Source: a virus
Length of the DNA stretch: 64,000 bases
IMG/VR virus record: IMGVR_UViG_3300017725_001848
Reading direction: 5' to 3' (one strand)
Shown: piece after piece, positions 1-9,028 of the stretch
Layout: each line of letters opens with the position of its first letter
How positions within the stretch are numbered: position 1 is the stretch's first letter
Notes under the pieces: generated by a model
Told to the model about the DNA's origin: nothing
Databases searched by the model: none
What the model saw: the letters and a program-made list of their open reading frames with translations, nothing else
Made by a program: the position numbers and the translations under genes

Positions 1-1
1 T

Positions 2-241
2 GCATTCCGTGAATGTACAAAACTGTCAAGTAATATTATTGACCACAATAAACAAGTTGATGACGCATACAGGCTTGAGGTGTGGTGTACACGTGGAGAC
101 AATAGAAGGTATGGCGAATATGCTTTACTAGGCGCTCAGCAAGGTAAAGACTTTGGAGAGCATTATAAAAATAATACAGAAGCATTAAGAAAAATTAATG
201 ACTGGAAATGGTTAAAGGAGAAATTTAATGAAGTTATCTGA
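2..241 (+). CDS. Partial ORF (5' end outside window), conserved phage protein, possibly glycosyltransferase-like
   Basis: Own translation of frame 2: AFRECTKLSS...RLEVWCTRG...INDWKWLKEKFNEVI*. The stop at 239-241 overlaps the next ATG at 228. The family guess is from memory only. Confidence 0.45.
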   Translation, partial: AFRECTKLSSNIIDHNKQVDDAYRLEVWCTRGDNRRYGEYALLGAQQGKDFGEHYKNNTEALRKINDWKWLKEKFNEVI

Positions 242-1208
242 GTTTAAAGAACAGTATCACTGGATGAATGGATTAAGTGAATACTTTGAGTTCAATGGTA
301 CAGGTAGTAGATGGGAGAACGTTCATAAAGCTCTCTATCATGATAATTGGTATAGAAAACGTGATGTTATGATTGACCTAGCTAATATGCCTAATTCAAA
401 TCCTGCACACGTAAAGGCTTGGATGAATGTATTACTACACGAACAATTAGATGACGTAGAAATTAAACCACAGTTAGTTGCAACACTATTTAGAAAATAT
501 ATGTTTGAAGATCCTTTCTTAGTAAACATATGTAAGTTTATTAACTATTGGGCAGATGGCGATAAGGCCGCAGAGATGCCAGATATGAATGACTTCTTAA
601 GTAGAGGACAAGTAAAAAGTAAACTATGGCTAGTAAGTGAACTAGCAAAAGTAGTTGATGGTCCTATAGGTAACGTAGTATTCTATGGAGGCTGGTATAA
701 CTTTATCGCTCATATGTTATTCTCACAATTTGATGTTTCTAAAATATGGAGTTTAGACTTAGATCAAAATGTAATTGAACCAAGTAAAAGATTATATCCT
801 AATGAAGTTAAAGAAGAAAAGTTTACTCCTATAACAACAGATGTAAACAAGATTAGATGGACTAATAAGAATATGTTAACTTATAGTGCTGATTTAGAAG
901 CAAAGCATAAAGAAGCAGGCAAGTTACTTCCACAAGATATATATGATAATAGTTTTATTGATAGAGGTAAAGTACATCTAGTAATTAATACAAGTTGTGA
1001 ACATATGGATAATACTTGGTATGAAAATTTACCAGCAGGTACATTTGTATTGTTGCATCAAAATGATTATTTCAGCAATGAGCAACACGTTAATTGTTGC
1101 AAAGATATAGAAGACGTTAAAAAGAAATATCCTATGCAAAGTATTTTATATGAGGGTGAGTTAGATACTCATTTATACAATAGGTTTATGTTAATTGGAA
1201 TTAAATAG
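228..1208 (+). CDS. Class I SAM-dependent methyltransferase-like protein with N-terminal extension
   Basis: Rossmann-type pattern: VVFYGGWYN (motif I-like), WSLDLD (acidic end of beta2), LVINTSCEH. Confidence 0.55.
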   Translation: MKLSEFKEQYHWMNGLSEYFEFNGTGSRWENVHKALYHDNWYRKRDVMIDLANMPNSNPAHVKAWMNVLLHEQLDDVEIKPQLVATLFRKYMFEDPFLVNICKFINYWADGDKAAEMPDMNDFLSRGQVKSKLWLVSELAKVVDGPIGNVVFYGGWYNFIAHMLFSQFDVSKIWSLDLDQNVIEPSKRLYPNEVKEEKFTPITTDVNKIRWTNKNMLTYSADLEAKHKEAGKLLPQDIYDNSFIDRGKVHLVINTSCEHMDNTWYENLPAGTFVLLHQNDYFSNEQHVNCCKDIEDVKKKYPMQSILYEGELDTHLYNRFMLIGIK

Positions 1209-1457
1209 ATGGATGCAGTATATATAGAATTTGTAATGGGTGAAGACATTGAACATATTGGAGAACAAGATGCTTGTTGTAAAATAGCATCAGAGCTAGG
1301 TGCTAAAGGATTAGTATATGGAACAGACTTTTGGTTTCATGATATAATCAGAAATGTAAAAGCAAAAGAAGTAGCAATAAGATTTGGATTTAGTGATAGA
1401 CACGAAGCGATGTTACTAAAGTTATCTGGAGTACCTGGAGCAGTAAGTTTACATTGA
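1209..1457 (+). CDS. Small hypothetical protein (paralog of 1454-1693)
   Basis: Intact ORF; shares KG(L/F)xYG..D(F/Y)W and FSDxxxAMxxxL with the next ORF. Confidence 0.7.
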   Translation: MDAVYIEFVMGEDIEHIGEQDACCKIASELGAKGLVYGTDFWFHDIIRNVKAKEVAIRFGFSDRHEAMLLKLSGVPGAVSLH

Positions 1458-1693
1458 TGAAAGCAGAAATAAAATACTATACAGAAGACTTTACAAAACT
1501 TAAAGAACATTTTTCTACTTTAGATGCAGTAGCAAACATATCATCTTTGTTGACTGTTAAGGGATTTGAGTATGGTAAAGAAAATGATTATTGGTTGCAA
1601 GAAGTACACTTTGATAAAAGTGGAAGACAAGTATTAACTTTTAGATTCAGTGATCCGCAAAAAGCTATGATAGAAAGATTAAGAGGAATTTAA
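1454..1693 (+). CDS. Small hypothetical protein (paralog of 1209-1457)
   Basis: Overlaps the previous stop; same motifs. Confidence 0.7.
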   Translation: MMKAEIKYYTEDFTKLKEHFSTLDAVANISSLLTVKGFEYGKENDYWLQEVHFDKSGRQVLTFRFSDPQKAMIERLRGI

Positions 1694-1962
1694 TGGAAGA
1701 CGATGAAGTTTGGGAACTTACAGTTGCAGAATTTGATAAACATCTAGATACATTAAAAACAAGAGAATTACAACGAGAAGCCGCACGAGCAATAAGTACA
1801 ATGCCTGCAGATAATAAGTCAATTCATAAGTTTAACAAAGATGCACATCATAATAGTTGGATGTGGTATAAAGCAGTAATAAAACATTATGTATATGAGT
1901 ATGGCGGTATGCCAAGTGAAGTAGGACCAGGAAAAGATGTTAAATTTGTATTGGACGAATAA
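1693..1962 (+). CDS. Hypothetical protein
   Basis: TAATG coupling to the upstream gene; plausible composition. Confidence 0.65.
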   Translation: MEDDEVWELTVAEFDKHLDTLKTRELQREAARAISTMPADNKSIHKFNKDAHHNSWMWYKAVIKHYVYEYGGMPSEVGPGKDVKFVLDE

Positions 1963-2571
1963 ATGAAATCAGAAGAAGTATCATTAGTAAATATTGTTTA
2001 TCAATATGGAGCAGGCGGACAGTTTTTGAGTTACTTAATTTCCAGTAATTGTATTCCATGTATGGATAAAACAAAACTCAAACCATCAGTAACAACCGAA
2101 GACAATGAGTATCTTTACACTACATATCATCCATTTTTAAGTAGAACACACCCACAAAACATTAAAGATTATGAAAAATTGACACAGAATAAAATAATTG
2201 TTGTTACTTGTGATGATGACGAATCTAAGTATTGCAGTGACCTTGGGTTCTTTAAACACGACAAAACTATAATGAATGTTAGAAAACAAAAGCAAAACCA
2301 CGCATTTTCTGCAGAACGAAAGCAAGATATTGATAATTTTTTAAAAACTTTGTACCCGCATCATAAGTATATAACTGTAAGCTATGGTGGGTTGTTTCTT
2401 AGACAAGACAAAGCAATAATTAAAAAGATGTTTAGTTTTTGTTGTATGGATCTAACACAAGAAACTTTAAACACAGTAGCAGAAAATATACGAGTATATA
2501 CAGAAACAAACAAAAGAAAATTGGTAGAATTTGGAATTAATCTTAGTAAATATAACATACGTAGCTTATAG
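1963..2571 (+). CDS. P-loop/sulfotransferase-fold-like protein
   Basis: N-terminal beta-strand plus Gly-rich loop and helix (VNIVYQYGAGGQFLSYLI), typical of the sulfotransferase-like fold start. Confidence 0.4.
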   Translation: MKSEEVSLVNIVYQYGAGGQFLSYLISSNCIPCMDKTKLKPSVTTEDNEYLYTTYHPFLSRTHPQNIKDYEKLTQNKIIVVTCDDDESKYCSDLGFFKHDKTIMNVRKQKQNHAFSAERKQDIDNFLKTLYPHHKYITVSYGGLFLRQDKAIIKKMFSFCCMDLTQETLNTVAENIRVYTETNKRKLVEFGINLSKYNIRSL

Positions 2572-2605
2572 GCTAATAGTAACAGCTCACATCATTAAGT
2601 TTTTA

Positions 2606-2881
2606 ATGAAGTTTATGCCATATAGTATTGCAGTACTAATTGGTGCTCAAGTAAGTTTCATATACGATAGTGGTTTATTTTCTGTATTATTTGGAGCGGA
2701 ACAGTTTCCTCCAATAATGGAATGGGTATATGCCAATGCCGCATATACCGCAAGAGTAGGAATAGCCTGGGGTTTTATTAAGTGGTTATGGATGAAAACT
2801 GATAGATTCTATTTGTCAGTATTCATAGGCGCTGAAGCCACATTTATAGTTGATTATTTTATATTTGACAATCTTTATTAA
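2606..2881 (+). CDS. Small membrane protein (about 3 TM segments)
   Basis: Hydrophobic segments. The track starts it at TTG 2531 inside the upstream gene; ATG 2606 is more plausible. Confidence 0.6.
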   Translation: MKFMPYSIAVLIGAQVSFIYDSGLFSVLFGAEQFPPIMEWVYANAAYTARVGIAWGFIKWLWMKTDRFYLSVFIGAEATFIVDYFIFDNLY

Positions 2882-2882
2882 A

Positions 2883-2889
2883 ATAAATA
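2883..2889 (+). promoter_or_regulatory. Putative late promoter ATAAATA
   Basis: In the short intergenic gap, 17 nt before the radical SAM start; resembles the T4 late consensus TATAAATA. The motif is short and AT-rich. Confidence 0.45.
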
Positions 2890-2905
2890 CTAAGAGAGAT
2901 ATCCT

Positions 2906-4000
2906 ATGTACAATTACAAATCCATAAACGAAGTTCACCTCGAAGTGACCCAACGGTGTAATGCATCATGCCCTATGTGTGATCGTAATGTTAATGGTGG
3001 AGAAGTAAATCCACACATCAAAGGCAAAGAAGCAGAACTTACATTAGATCATTGTATTGATATATTCCCACACGATTTTATATCTCAATTACACACGATG
3101 TATATGTGTGGTAACTTGGGCGATCCTATTAGTGCTAGAGATACATTAGAAATATTTCAATGGTTCCGTGATTGTAATCCTAATATGTGGTTAAGTATGA
3201 ATACTAATGCAGGTGCTAAGAAACCTGAATGGTGGGCAGAAGTAGCTAAAGTTATAGGCAAAAAAGGTTGTGTAATCTTTAGTGTGGATGGACTAGAAGA
3301 AACTAATCATTTATATAGACAAGGTGTTAAGTGGGAACACGTTGAACGTAATATGAAAGCATTTATTAATGCAGGTGGTAGAGCTAGATGGGATTATTTA
3401 ATATTTGAACATAGCGAATGTGATGTAGAACGTGCAGAACAGTTAGCCAAAGAATGGGGCGTTGAAAAGTTTATTAAAAAGAAAACAGGCAGGTTCATTA
3501 CTCAAGCAAGTAAACCAAAAGAAATGCATCAAGCACGTAATAGAAAAGGCGAACAGACAACAGTTTTAGCAAAGCCACAAAAGAAAGAACATCAAAATCT
3601 TGCTCTACTAAAACAAAAAGAGATAGAGAAAAGTTATGGTGGTATGATGAACTACTATAACCAAGCAAAAATAAAATGTAAAGTTGCTAGTGGAGATAAG
3701 AATAGTATCTTTGTCACGGCTGAAGGACTAATAATGCCTTGTTGTTGGACTGCAGGTCGTATGTACAAATGGTGGCATGAAGATCCTAAAGTAGAACAGA
3801 TATGGGATTTTATAGATAGAGCTGGTGGCAAGGATGGAATCAATGCAAAGATACACGGCATTGAAGGAGTATTTGGTAGTGGCATTATGAATGATATACA
3901 ACGTAGTTGGAAACTAGATAGTATTAAGAATGGTAAACTAGGAGTTTGCTCAATGAAGTGTGGCACAGAATTTGATCCATATGCGGAGCAATTTAAATAA
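2906..4000 (+). CDS. Radical SAM protein with C-terminal SPASM/twitch domain
   Basis: CNASCPMC, GNLGDP, FSVDG; C-terminal KC...PCCW...CSMKC. Confidence 0.9.
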   Translation: MYNYKSINEVHLEVTQRCNASCPMCDRNVNGGEVNPHIKGKEAELTLDHCIDIFPHDFISQLHTMYMCGNLGDPISARDTLEIFQWFRDCNPNMWLSMNTNAGAKKPEWWAEVAKVIGKKGCVIFSVDGLEETNHLYRQGVKWEHVERNMKAFINAGGRARWDYLIFEHSECDVERAEQLAKEWGVEKFIKKKTGRFITQASKPKEMHQARNRKGEQTTVLAKPQKKEHQNLALLKQKEIEKSYGGMMNYYNQAKIKCKVASGDKNSIFVTAEGLIMPCCWTAGRMYKWWHEDPKVEQIWDFIDRAGGKDGINAKIHGIEGVFGSGIMNDIQRSWKLDSIKNGKLGVCSMKCGTEFDPYAEQFK

Positions 4001-5142
4001 TGAATAGACCGTCTTGTATAGCACCTTGGGTAACAACATATGACCATACAGGTGGAGGCATACAAGTATGTTGTGAAGCAAATAAAATATTAATTCCTAA
4101 TAAAGAAAAAAGACATATGTCTTTTGAAGAACGCTTTTCTCATCCAGAAATGGAAAAGTTTAAAAAGATTATGTTGAATTCAGATACACTTCCTCCTATG
4201 TGTAATAATTGTGTATCACAAGAACAAAAAGGTTCTAAATCATTAAGGCAAGAATTCAATGAAGATTATTTAGATGATACATGGCAAGAAGATAAATTTG
4301 TATTAAGGTATTTAGATTATAGAGAAAGTAACTTGTGTAATTTTAGTTGCAAAATGTGTGGTAGTTATTTAAGTAGTACTCATGCAAAAATAGAAGGTAA
4401 GCATGGTAAGACTGGAGTACTTAATAATGTACATCAATTACAACAATGTTTAGATAATTTACATACTGTAGAACACGTATCATTTGCAGGCGGAGAGCCA
4501 TTAATGACTAAATCTTTCTTTGATATATGTAAAAAGATTAAACAATTAGGCAGAGAAAAAGACATCAGTATAAGCATGGTAACCAATGGAAGTGTACTGA
4601 ACAGGCACGGTGAGAATGTGTTAGAAACAATTGATGGATTTGCTGATGTAGGATTATCAATTAGTATAGATTGTGTAGGTGAACAACATGATTACTGGAG
4701 ACACAAAGGTACTTGGAATAAAGTTCTTTCTAACTTAAAAGAGTTTCATAAATTTAAATTATCTAATCCAAAGTCAGTACGTACAAAAATAAGAACAGCC
4801 ATAAGTTGGCCAAATGCATATGGTGCTAGATACGTGTTTGATGACTTAGCTCAATATGTTGATAAGATGAGACATAACTTTGTTACCAACCCATATGGTT
4901 TGAGTATTGATTGTTTACCAAAAGAACACCTAGACAAACTAATAGAGCATTGGAAAGATTACCCAGAAGTACAAGTAGCATTTAAAAATGTTGTACCAAA
5001 AGATGTATATCTATACCCAACAAAATTTATGCTTGAAAGACATGATAGATATCACGGTAACTCATTTGAAAAAGCATTTCCAGAGTTTGCCGACTTCTAT
5101 AAAAAAATAATACCAATAGAAGGCTTGACAAAGAACTTATAG
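4000..5142 (+). CDS. Radical SAM protein with N-terminal twitch-like Cys domain
   Basis: CIAPW..VCC..CNNC, then CNFSCKMC, FAGGEPL, VTNG, ISIDC. Confidence 0.9.
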   Translation: MNRPSCIAPWVTTYDHTGGGIQVCCEANKILIPNKEKRHMSFEERFSHPEMEKFKKIMLNSDTLPPMCNNCVSQEQKGSKSLRQEFNEDYLDDTWQEDKFVLRYLDYRESNLCNFSCKMCGSYLSSTHAKIEGKHGKTGVLNNVHQLQQCLDNLHTVEHVSFAGGEPLMTKSFFDICKKIKQLGREKDISISMVTNGSVLNRHGENVLETIDGFADVGLSISIDCVGEQHDYWRHKGTWNKVLSNLKEFHKFKLSNPKSVRTKIRTAISWPNAYGARYVFDDLAQYVDKMRHNFVTNPYGLSIDCLPKEHLDKLIEHWKDYPEVQVAFKNVVPKDVYLYPTKFMLERHDRYHGNSFEKAFPEFADFYKKIIPIEGLTKNL

Positions 5143-5153
5143 TGTGTTACAAT
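5125..5153 (+). promoter_or_regulatory. sigma70-type promoter TTGACA-N17-TACAAT
   Basis: -35 at 5125-5130 (inside the end of the upstream CDS), -10 at 5148-5153, ahead of the exonuclease. Confidence 0.8.
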
Positions 5154-5187
5154 ACACTTTAAACTGAAACTTTGAACATGGATTAAT

Positions 5188-5727
5188 ATGACTACTCACG
5201 CGATGATAGACTTAGAAACATTGGGCACAGGTCCTGATTGTGTAGTTCTAACTATAGGAGGTGTAAAGTTCAATCCTAATGAAATAAGTGATACCCACAA
5301 TGAATTCTACTATCGATTTGATGTAGATGAACAATTAGCAAAAGGAAGAACAACATTAGACAGCACTATAGAGTGGTGGGGTAGGCAAGAAAAAAGTGTT
5401 AGAGATGAAGCACTTGGTGACGAAGGAAGAACGTCTGTACTAGAAGTCCTACAACATCTAAATAAATGGTGTGTTGGTGTTGATGTTATATGGTGTCAAG
5501 GACCTGCATTTGATATAGTTATACTAGAAAATATGTATCATCAGTACAAACATCATATACCTTGGGCATTTTGGAAAATAAGAGATAGTAGAACACTATT
5601 CAGTATTATGCCAAGTGATCCAAGAAAAGAAATAGAATTTGCGGCTCATAATGCTTTAGAAGACTGTAAAGTACAGGCATTATGTGTTCAAAAATCTATT
5701 GGTAAACTAAAACTTAAATTAAAATAG
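5188..5727 (+). CDS. DEDDh 3'-5' exonuclease/exoribonuclease (Rv2179c-like)
   Basis: MIDLETLG (ExoI), QGPAFD (ExoII), HNALED (ExoIII). Confidence 0.85.
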   Translation: MTTHAMIDLETLGTGPDCVVLTIGGVKFNPNEISDTHNEFYYRFDVDEQLAKGRTTLDSTIEWWGRQEKSVRDEALGDEGRTSVLEVLQHLNKWCVGVDVIWCQGPAFDIVILENMYHQYKHHIPWAFWKIRDSRTLFSIMPSDPRKEIEFAAHNALEDCKVQALCVQKSIGKLKLKLK

Positions 5728-5746
5728 GTATAAGTCAATGTTTTTG

Positions 5747-5775
5747 TTGACATTTTCTAAATACTATTGTAATAT
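5747..5775 (+). promoter_or_regulatory. sigma70-type promoter TTGACA-N17-TAATAT with a CTAAATA late-type motif in the spacer
   Basis: -35 at 5747-5752, -10 at 5770-5775, CTAAATA at 5757-5763; upstream of the clamp-TGT genes. Confidence 0.65.
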
Positions 5776-5808
5776 GTTTATATTAATAACTCAAACAGGA
5801 GAAACTAA

Positions 5809-6561
5809 ATGAGTCAGACTCGTGATATAGTGCAAGACATTGTTAAGCACACAGCCGGCTTAGGCTTTATTACTTCAGTGAAAGTAACAGGCACAGATGA
5901 ATCAACTACATTAGATGCTATGGATGCTGATCGTACAGTAATCTTACAAGCAACAATGCATAATGCAGTTGATGAATTTAACGGCGAATTTGGTCTTGGA
6001 AACCTTGGATTTTTATCTGGTGTTACAGGACTACCTAACTATCAAACAGATGATGCTACAGTTGATGTAGTAACTCGTGAACGTAATGGAGTAACAGTTC
6101 CAGATCACTTATTGTTTAAAGACAAAGAAGGCAATACAGATCAATACAGATTTATGAGTAAAGAAATTATTGAACAGACCTTACAAACTGTTAAGTTCAA
6201 AGGCGTTGAGTGGGATGTAACATTTGCACCTACAAAAGCTAAAGTAAGTGAGCTTCAAGCAGTTGCAGGAATCTATGGTGGAATTGAACCTAACTTTACT
6301 GTTAAAACAGACAACGGTGATTTAATTCTTACAGTAGGTGCCGCTGATGGATCTTTTACAGGTAAACGTACATTTGCAAACAATGTAAATGGAGAAATTA
6401 CAGAAGGTTATGCATGGCCATTAAACCAAGTGTTAGCAATTCTAAGACTAGGTATGAGTGGAACGTGTGTAATGAACATCAGTAAAAAAGGTGCATTAAT
6501 GATTTCAGTTGATTCAGGCTTAGGCAAATACGACTACATCTTACCAGCATTAACTGTATAA
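5809..6561 (+). CDS. Putative DNA polymerase sliding clamp (gp45/PCNA-like)
   Basis: 250 aa with an alternating beta-alpha-beta pattern in two similar halves, and a LDAMDADRTVIL segment like the PCNA N-terminal domain. No catalytic motifs. Inference. Confidence 0.55.
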   Translation: MSQTRDIVQDIVKHTAGLGFITSVKVTGTDESTTLDAMDADRTVILQATMHNAVDEFNGEFGLGNLGFLSGVTGLPNYQTDDATVDVVTRERNGVTVPDHLLFKDKEGNTDQYRFMSKEIIEQTLQTVKFKGVEWDVTFAPTKAKVSELQAVAGIYGGIEPNFTVKTDNGDLILTVGAADGSFTGKRTFANNVNGEITEGYAWPLNQVLAILRLGMSGTCVMNISKKGALMISVDSGLGKYDYILPALTV

Positions 6562-6587
6562 CTTTAACCTTATATAAAGGATAGTAA

Positions 6588-8096
6588 ATGGCAAGTAACA
6601 AAAACCTTACAGAAAGTAATAAAGACTACTCAGTATTCTTGCCGAGCATTAGTAGTTTTTATTCTAAGTTTATTAGACAAGCACAGAAAAGACCAGACTT
6701 TGTTAAACCAGAGAGAATGCCTAAGGGCTTTGAGTTTGGCATAGACGGCTTTGATTTTCTAAAACCTAAAGACAATTATTATAGTTACAAGTGGGGTTTA
6801 TACTCTGCAGGTCATGCCACTCGAGATCCAGTCAAAAGTGATGAGCAAGAACCTATGATTCAAAAACGTGATAGAGAACATAGTTTTATACTTGGTGATA
6901 GTGGTGGGTTTCAGATTGCTACAGGTGTAATCAAATGTGATTGGCCTAATTTTAAAACTGATGATGATCTACGTAAAACAATTTTAAATTGGTTAGAGCA
7001 TACTGCAGATTATAGTATGGTATTAGATATTCCTACATTAGCGGCGGCTCCACCATTGAATGCTAAAACAGGATTGAAAGATTGGGTTGATTGTTTAGAA
7101 TACACAATGTTTAATAACGATTACTTTGTACGTAATAGACAAGGTAAAACTAAATTCTTAAATGTATTACAAGGTAACAATGAGCAACAAGCTGATGATT
7201 GGTTTAGTGCAGTTAAACATTATCCATTTGAAGGTTGGGCAATGGCTGGTTACAATATGAAACAGTTGCATCTTGCTCTACGTAGACTTATTGTAATGCG
7301 AGATGAGAAACTGTTAGATCCAGGCAGAGATCTAATTCACTACTTGGGTACAAGTAAACTTAATTGGTCTTGTATCTTTACTGCAATACAACGTAACATT
7401 AGAGAAACTATTAATCCTAATATGATGGTTACGTATGATGCCGCTAGTCCTTTTATTACAACGGCTAAAGGACAAGCATACAGTCAACACGTTCATCGTA
7501 ACGATAAGTTTAGTTATGTAATGGAACAAGCAGTTGACGATAAGAAATTTCAACATAGCAATATACCGTTTCCATTTAACAGTCCTATTGGCGAACGTAT
7601 GACAATGGGTGACTTATGTTATATGGGTCCTGGTATGTTAAATAAAATTGGCAAAGAAGGCAAGACAAGTTGGGATAGTTTCTCATACTTCTTGTTAATG
7701 GCACACAATGTATATCAACACATTGAAGCTTGTCAACGTGCTAATACTCTAGCAGATATAGCCTGTACTAGATACAAGCCAAGTCACTTGGAATGGCGTA
7801 AAGTAAAACCTAAGCAAGAAGAATTTGACTTATGGGTTCCAAGAGATGTGATATATGTAACCGAGTTTATTGATAAGCTATTCAAAAGTGAAACACCAAT
7901 GCAATTATTAGAAGAAGCAGAATCAATGCTTACACACTTTAGTGGTATGAAGTCTATCAAAACTTCACAGAGTGCATTTGATAGTTTATTTGATTCTGGA
8001 GATGATTTACAAGACGTTGATGACGGCGAGTATACTAGTGAACAGGTAGAGGCCGCAGAAGACTTCTTGAATAACTTGGAGGAAACAAATGGCTGA
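6588..8096 (+). CDS. dpdA: Guanine transglycosylase family protein (DpdA-like; predicted to insert 7-deazaguanine into DNA)
   Basis: TGT motifs GDSGGFQ, VLDIPT, LNVLQG, IHYLGT, YDAASP. LDIPT and the DxAS motif match archaeal TGT/DpdA. No canonical CxCxxC Zn motif. folE, T-fold and queE genes are nearby. Confidence 0.75.
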   Translation: MASNKNLTESNKDYSVFLPSISSFYSKFIRQAQKRPDFVKPERMPKGFEFGIDGFDFLKPKDNYYSYKWGLYSAGHATRDPVKSDEQEPMIQKRDREHSFILGDSGGFQIATGVIKCDWPNFKTDDDLRKTILNWLEHTADYSMVLDIPTLAAAPPLNAKTGLKDWVDCLEYTMFNNDYFVRNRQGKTKFLNVLQGNNEQQADDWFSAVKHYPFEGWAMAGYNMKQLHLALRRLIVMRDEKLLDPGRDLIHYLGTSKLNWSCIFTAIQRNIRETINPNMMVTYDAASPFITTAKGQAYSQHVHRNDKFSYVMEQAVDDKKFQHSNIPFPFNSPIGERMTMGDLCYMGPGMLNKIGKEGKTSWDSFSYFLLMAHNVYQHIEACQRANTLADIACTRYKPSHLEWRKVKPKQEEFDLWVPRDVIYVTEFIDKLFKSETPMQLLEEAESMLTHFSGMKSIKTSQSAFDSLFDSGDDLQDVDDGEYTSEQVEAAEDFLNNLEETNG

Positions 8097-8268
8097 TAAA
8101 GCAACATATCTAAATACATTAAAAAAGAAACATAGAGAACTTGACAAAAAAATTAATACATTATATAATCAGTATGTTAATGAAGATGTATTAAAAGAGT
8201 TAAAGTATCAAAAACTTGATTTGAAAATGCAAATTACAAGATTAGAAACACAATTAGCAGAGGCTTAA
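8089..8268 (+). CDS. Small coiled-coil protein, DUF465/YdcH-like (not in ORF track)
   Basis: Own translation: MADKATYLNTLKKEHRELDKKINTLYNQYVNEDVLKELKYQKLDLKMQITRLETQLAEA*. HxxLDxxI...LKxxKLxLKxxI pattern; GGAGG RBS. Confidence 0.7.
   Translation: MADKATYLNTLKKKHRELDKKINTLYNQYVNEDVLKELKYQKLDLKMQITRLETQLAEA
8141..8169 (+). promoter_or_regulatory. Perfect sigma70 promoter TTGACA-N17-TATAAT inside the DUF465-like ORF
   Basis: -35 at 8141-8146, -10 at 8164-8169. Confidence 0.75.
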
Positions 8269-8271
8269 TAA

Positions 8272-8820
8272 ATGAAAAGAGACTATCACTCAAGCAACAA
8301 AAAAACTAACATACAAGAAGGTATAACATACTTTCAAGGTGTTGAAATTGAACATACACCTGCTTATGGCATGGATACTTTATTTGTTGTTGGTATGCAA
8401 GACCCTGAAGAAGTAAAAGGAATTGCAACAAGGAAAAACGTACAACATATATATCTAGGAGCAAATCAAAGTTTTGATTTATCTGATAACGAAGATATAT
8501 TAAAAGAGGAAGAAGAAGCTTGGGATAATTTAGTTAAGACACTTTGCGAAGAAGGTTTTTGGGTAACATTAGATTTTGAACATGAATATTTAGAATGGAT
8601 TCAAGAAGCAGGTTACACAGAACATAATAAATTTATACCAATGATTAGTGTTAAGGTTCCATACATTGAACAGTTGGGGTATAATGCTTGTATTAAAATT
8701 GACGATAAAGATTTTAATGCAACAAACAAAGGAGTATGGACTCACAAGGTTCATGACTTAATGGATCGCGATAGATTCACACAATGGGACCAATATAAAT
8801 CAGATAAGATAATTGAATAG
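8272..8820 (+). CDS. Hypothetical protein in the deazaguanine module
   Basis: Alpha/beta globular-looking sequence (EIEHTPAYGMDTLFVVG, HIYLGANQSF, WVTLD, IKIDD); no family recognised. Confidence 0.7.
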   Translation: MKRDYHSSNKKTNIQEGITYFQGVEIEHTPAYGMDTLFVVGMQDPEEVKGIATRKNVQHIYLGANQSFDLSDNEDILKEEEEAWDNLVKTLCEEGFWVTLDFEHEYLEWIQEAGYTEHNKFIPMISVKVPYIEQLGYNACIKIDDKDFNATNKGVWTHKVHDLMDRDRFTQWDQYKSDKIIE

Positions 8821-8829
8821 GAGAATCTT

Positions 8830-9027
8830 ATGACAAAGAAAATACGTTTAATGGATGAAGAAGCGAAAGCTACTGAACCAGGAACTGTAAATCCAGATGC
8901 ACCAGTTGATGAGGCTGTAGCAGATGATGTTTACAAAAAGCAATTAATGAAGTATCTAGAAGCAATTGACTGGAAACTTTGGGAAATGCTAAAATTAATG
9001 AAGGCAGACAGAGAAGAGAAAGAATAG
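8830..9027 (+). CDS. Hypothetical protein
   Basis: AGGAG RBS; short ORF within the operon. Confidence 0.6.
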   Translation: MTKKIRLMDEEAKATEPGTVNPDAPVDEAVADDVYKKQLMKYLEAIDWKLWEMLKLMKADREEKE

Positions 9028-9028
9028 T

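Noticed and set aside
6588-8096. Interpretation as a tRNA-guanine transglycosylase for queuosine
   Set aside because: It lacks the CxCxxC Zn site and bacterial TGT pocket residues, has no PUA domain, and sits beside replication genes. A DNA target is more likely but not proven.
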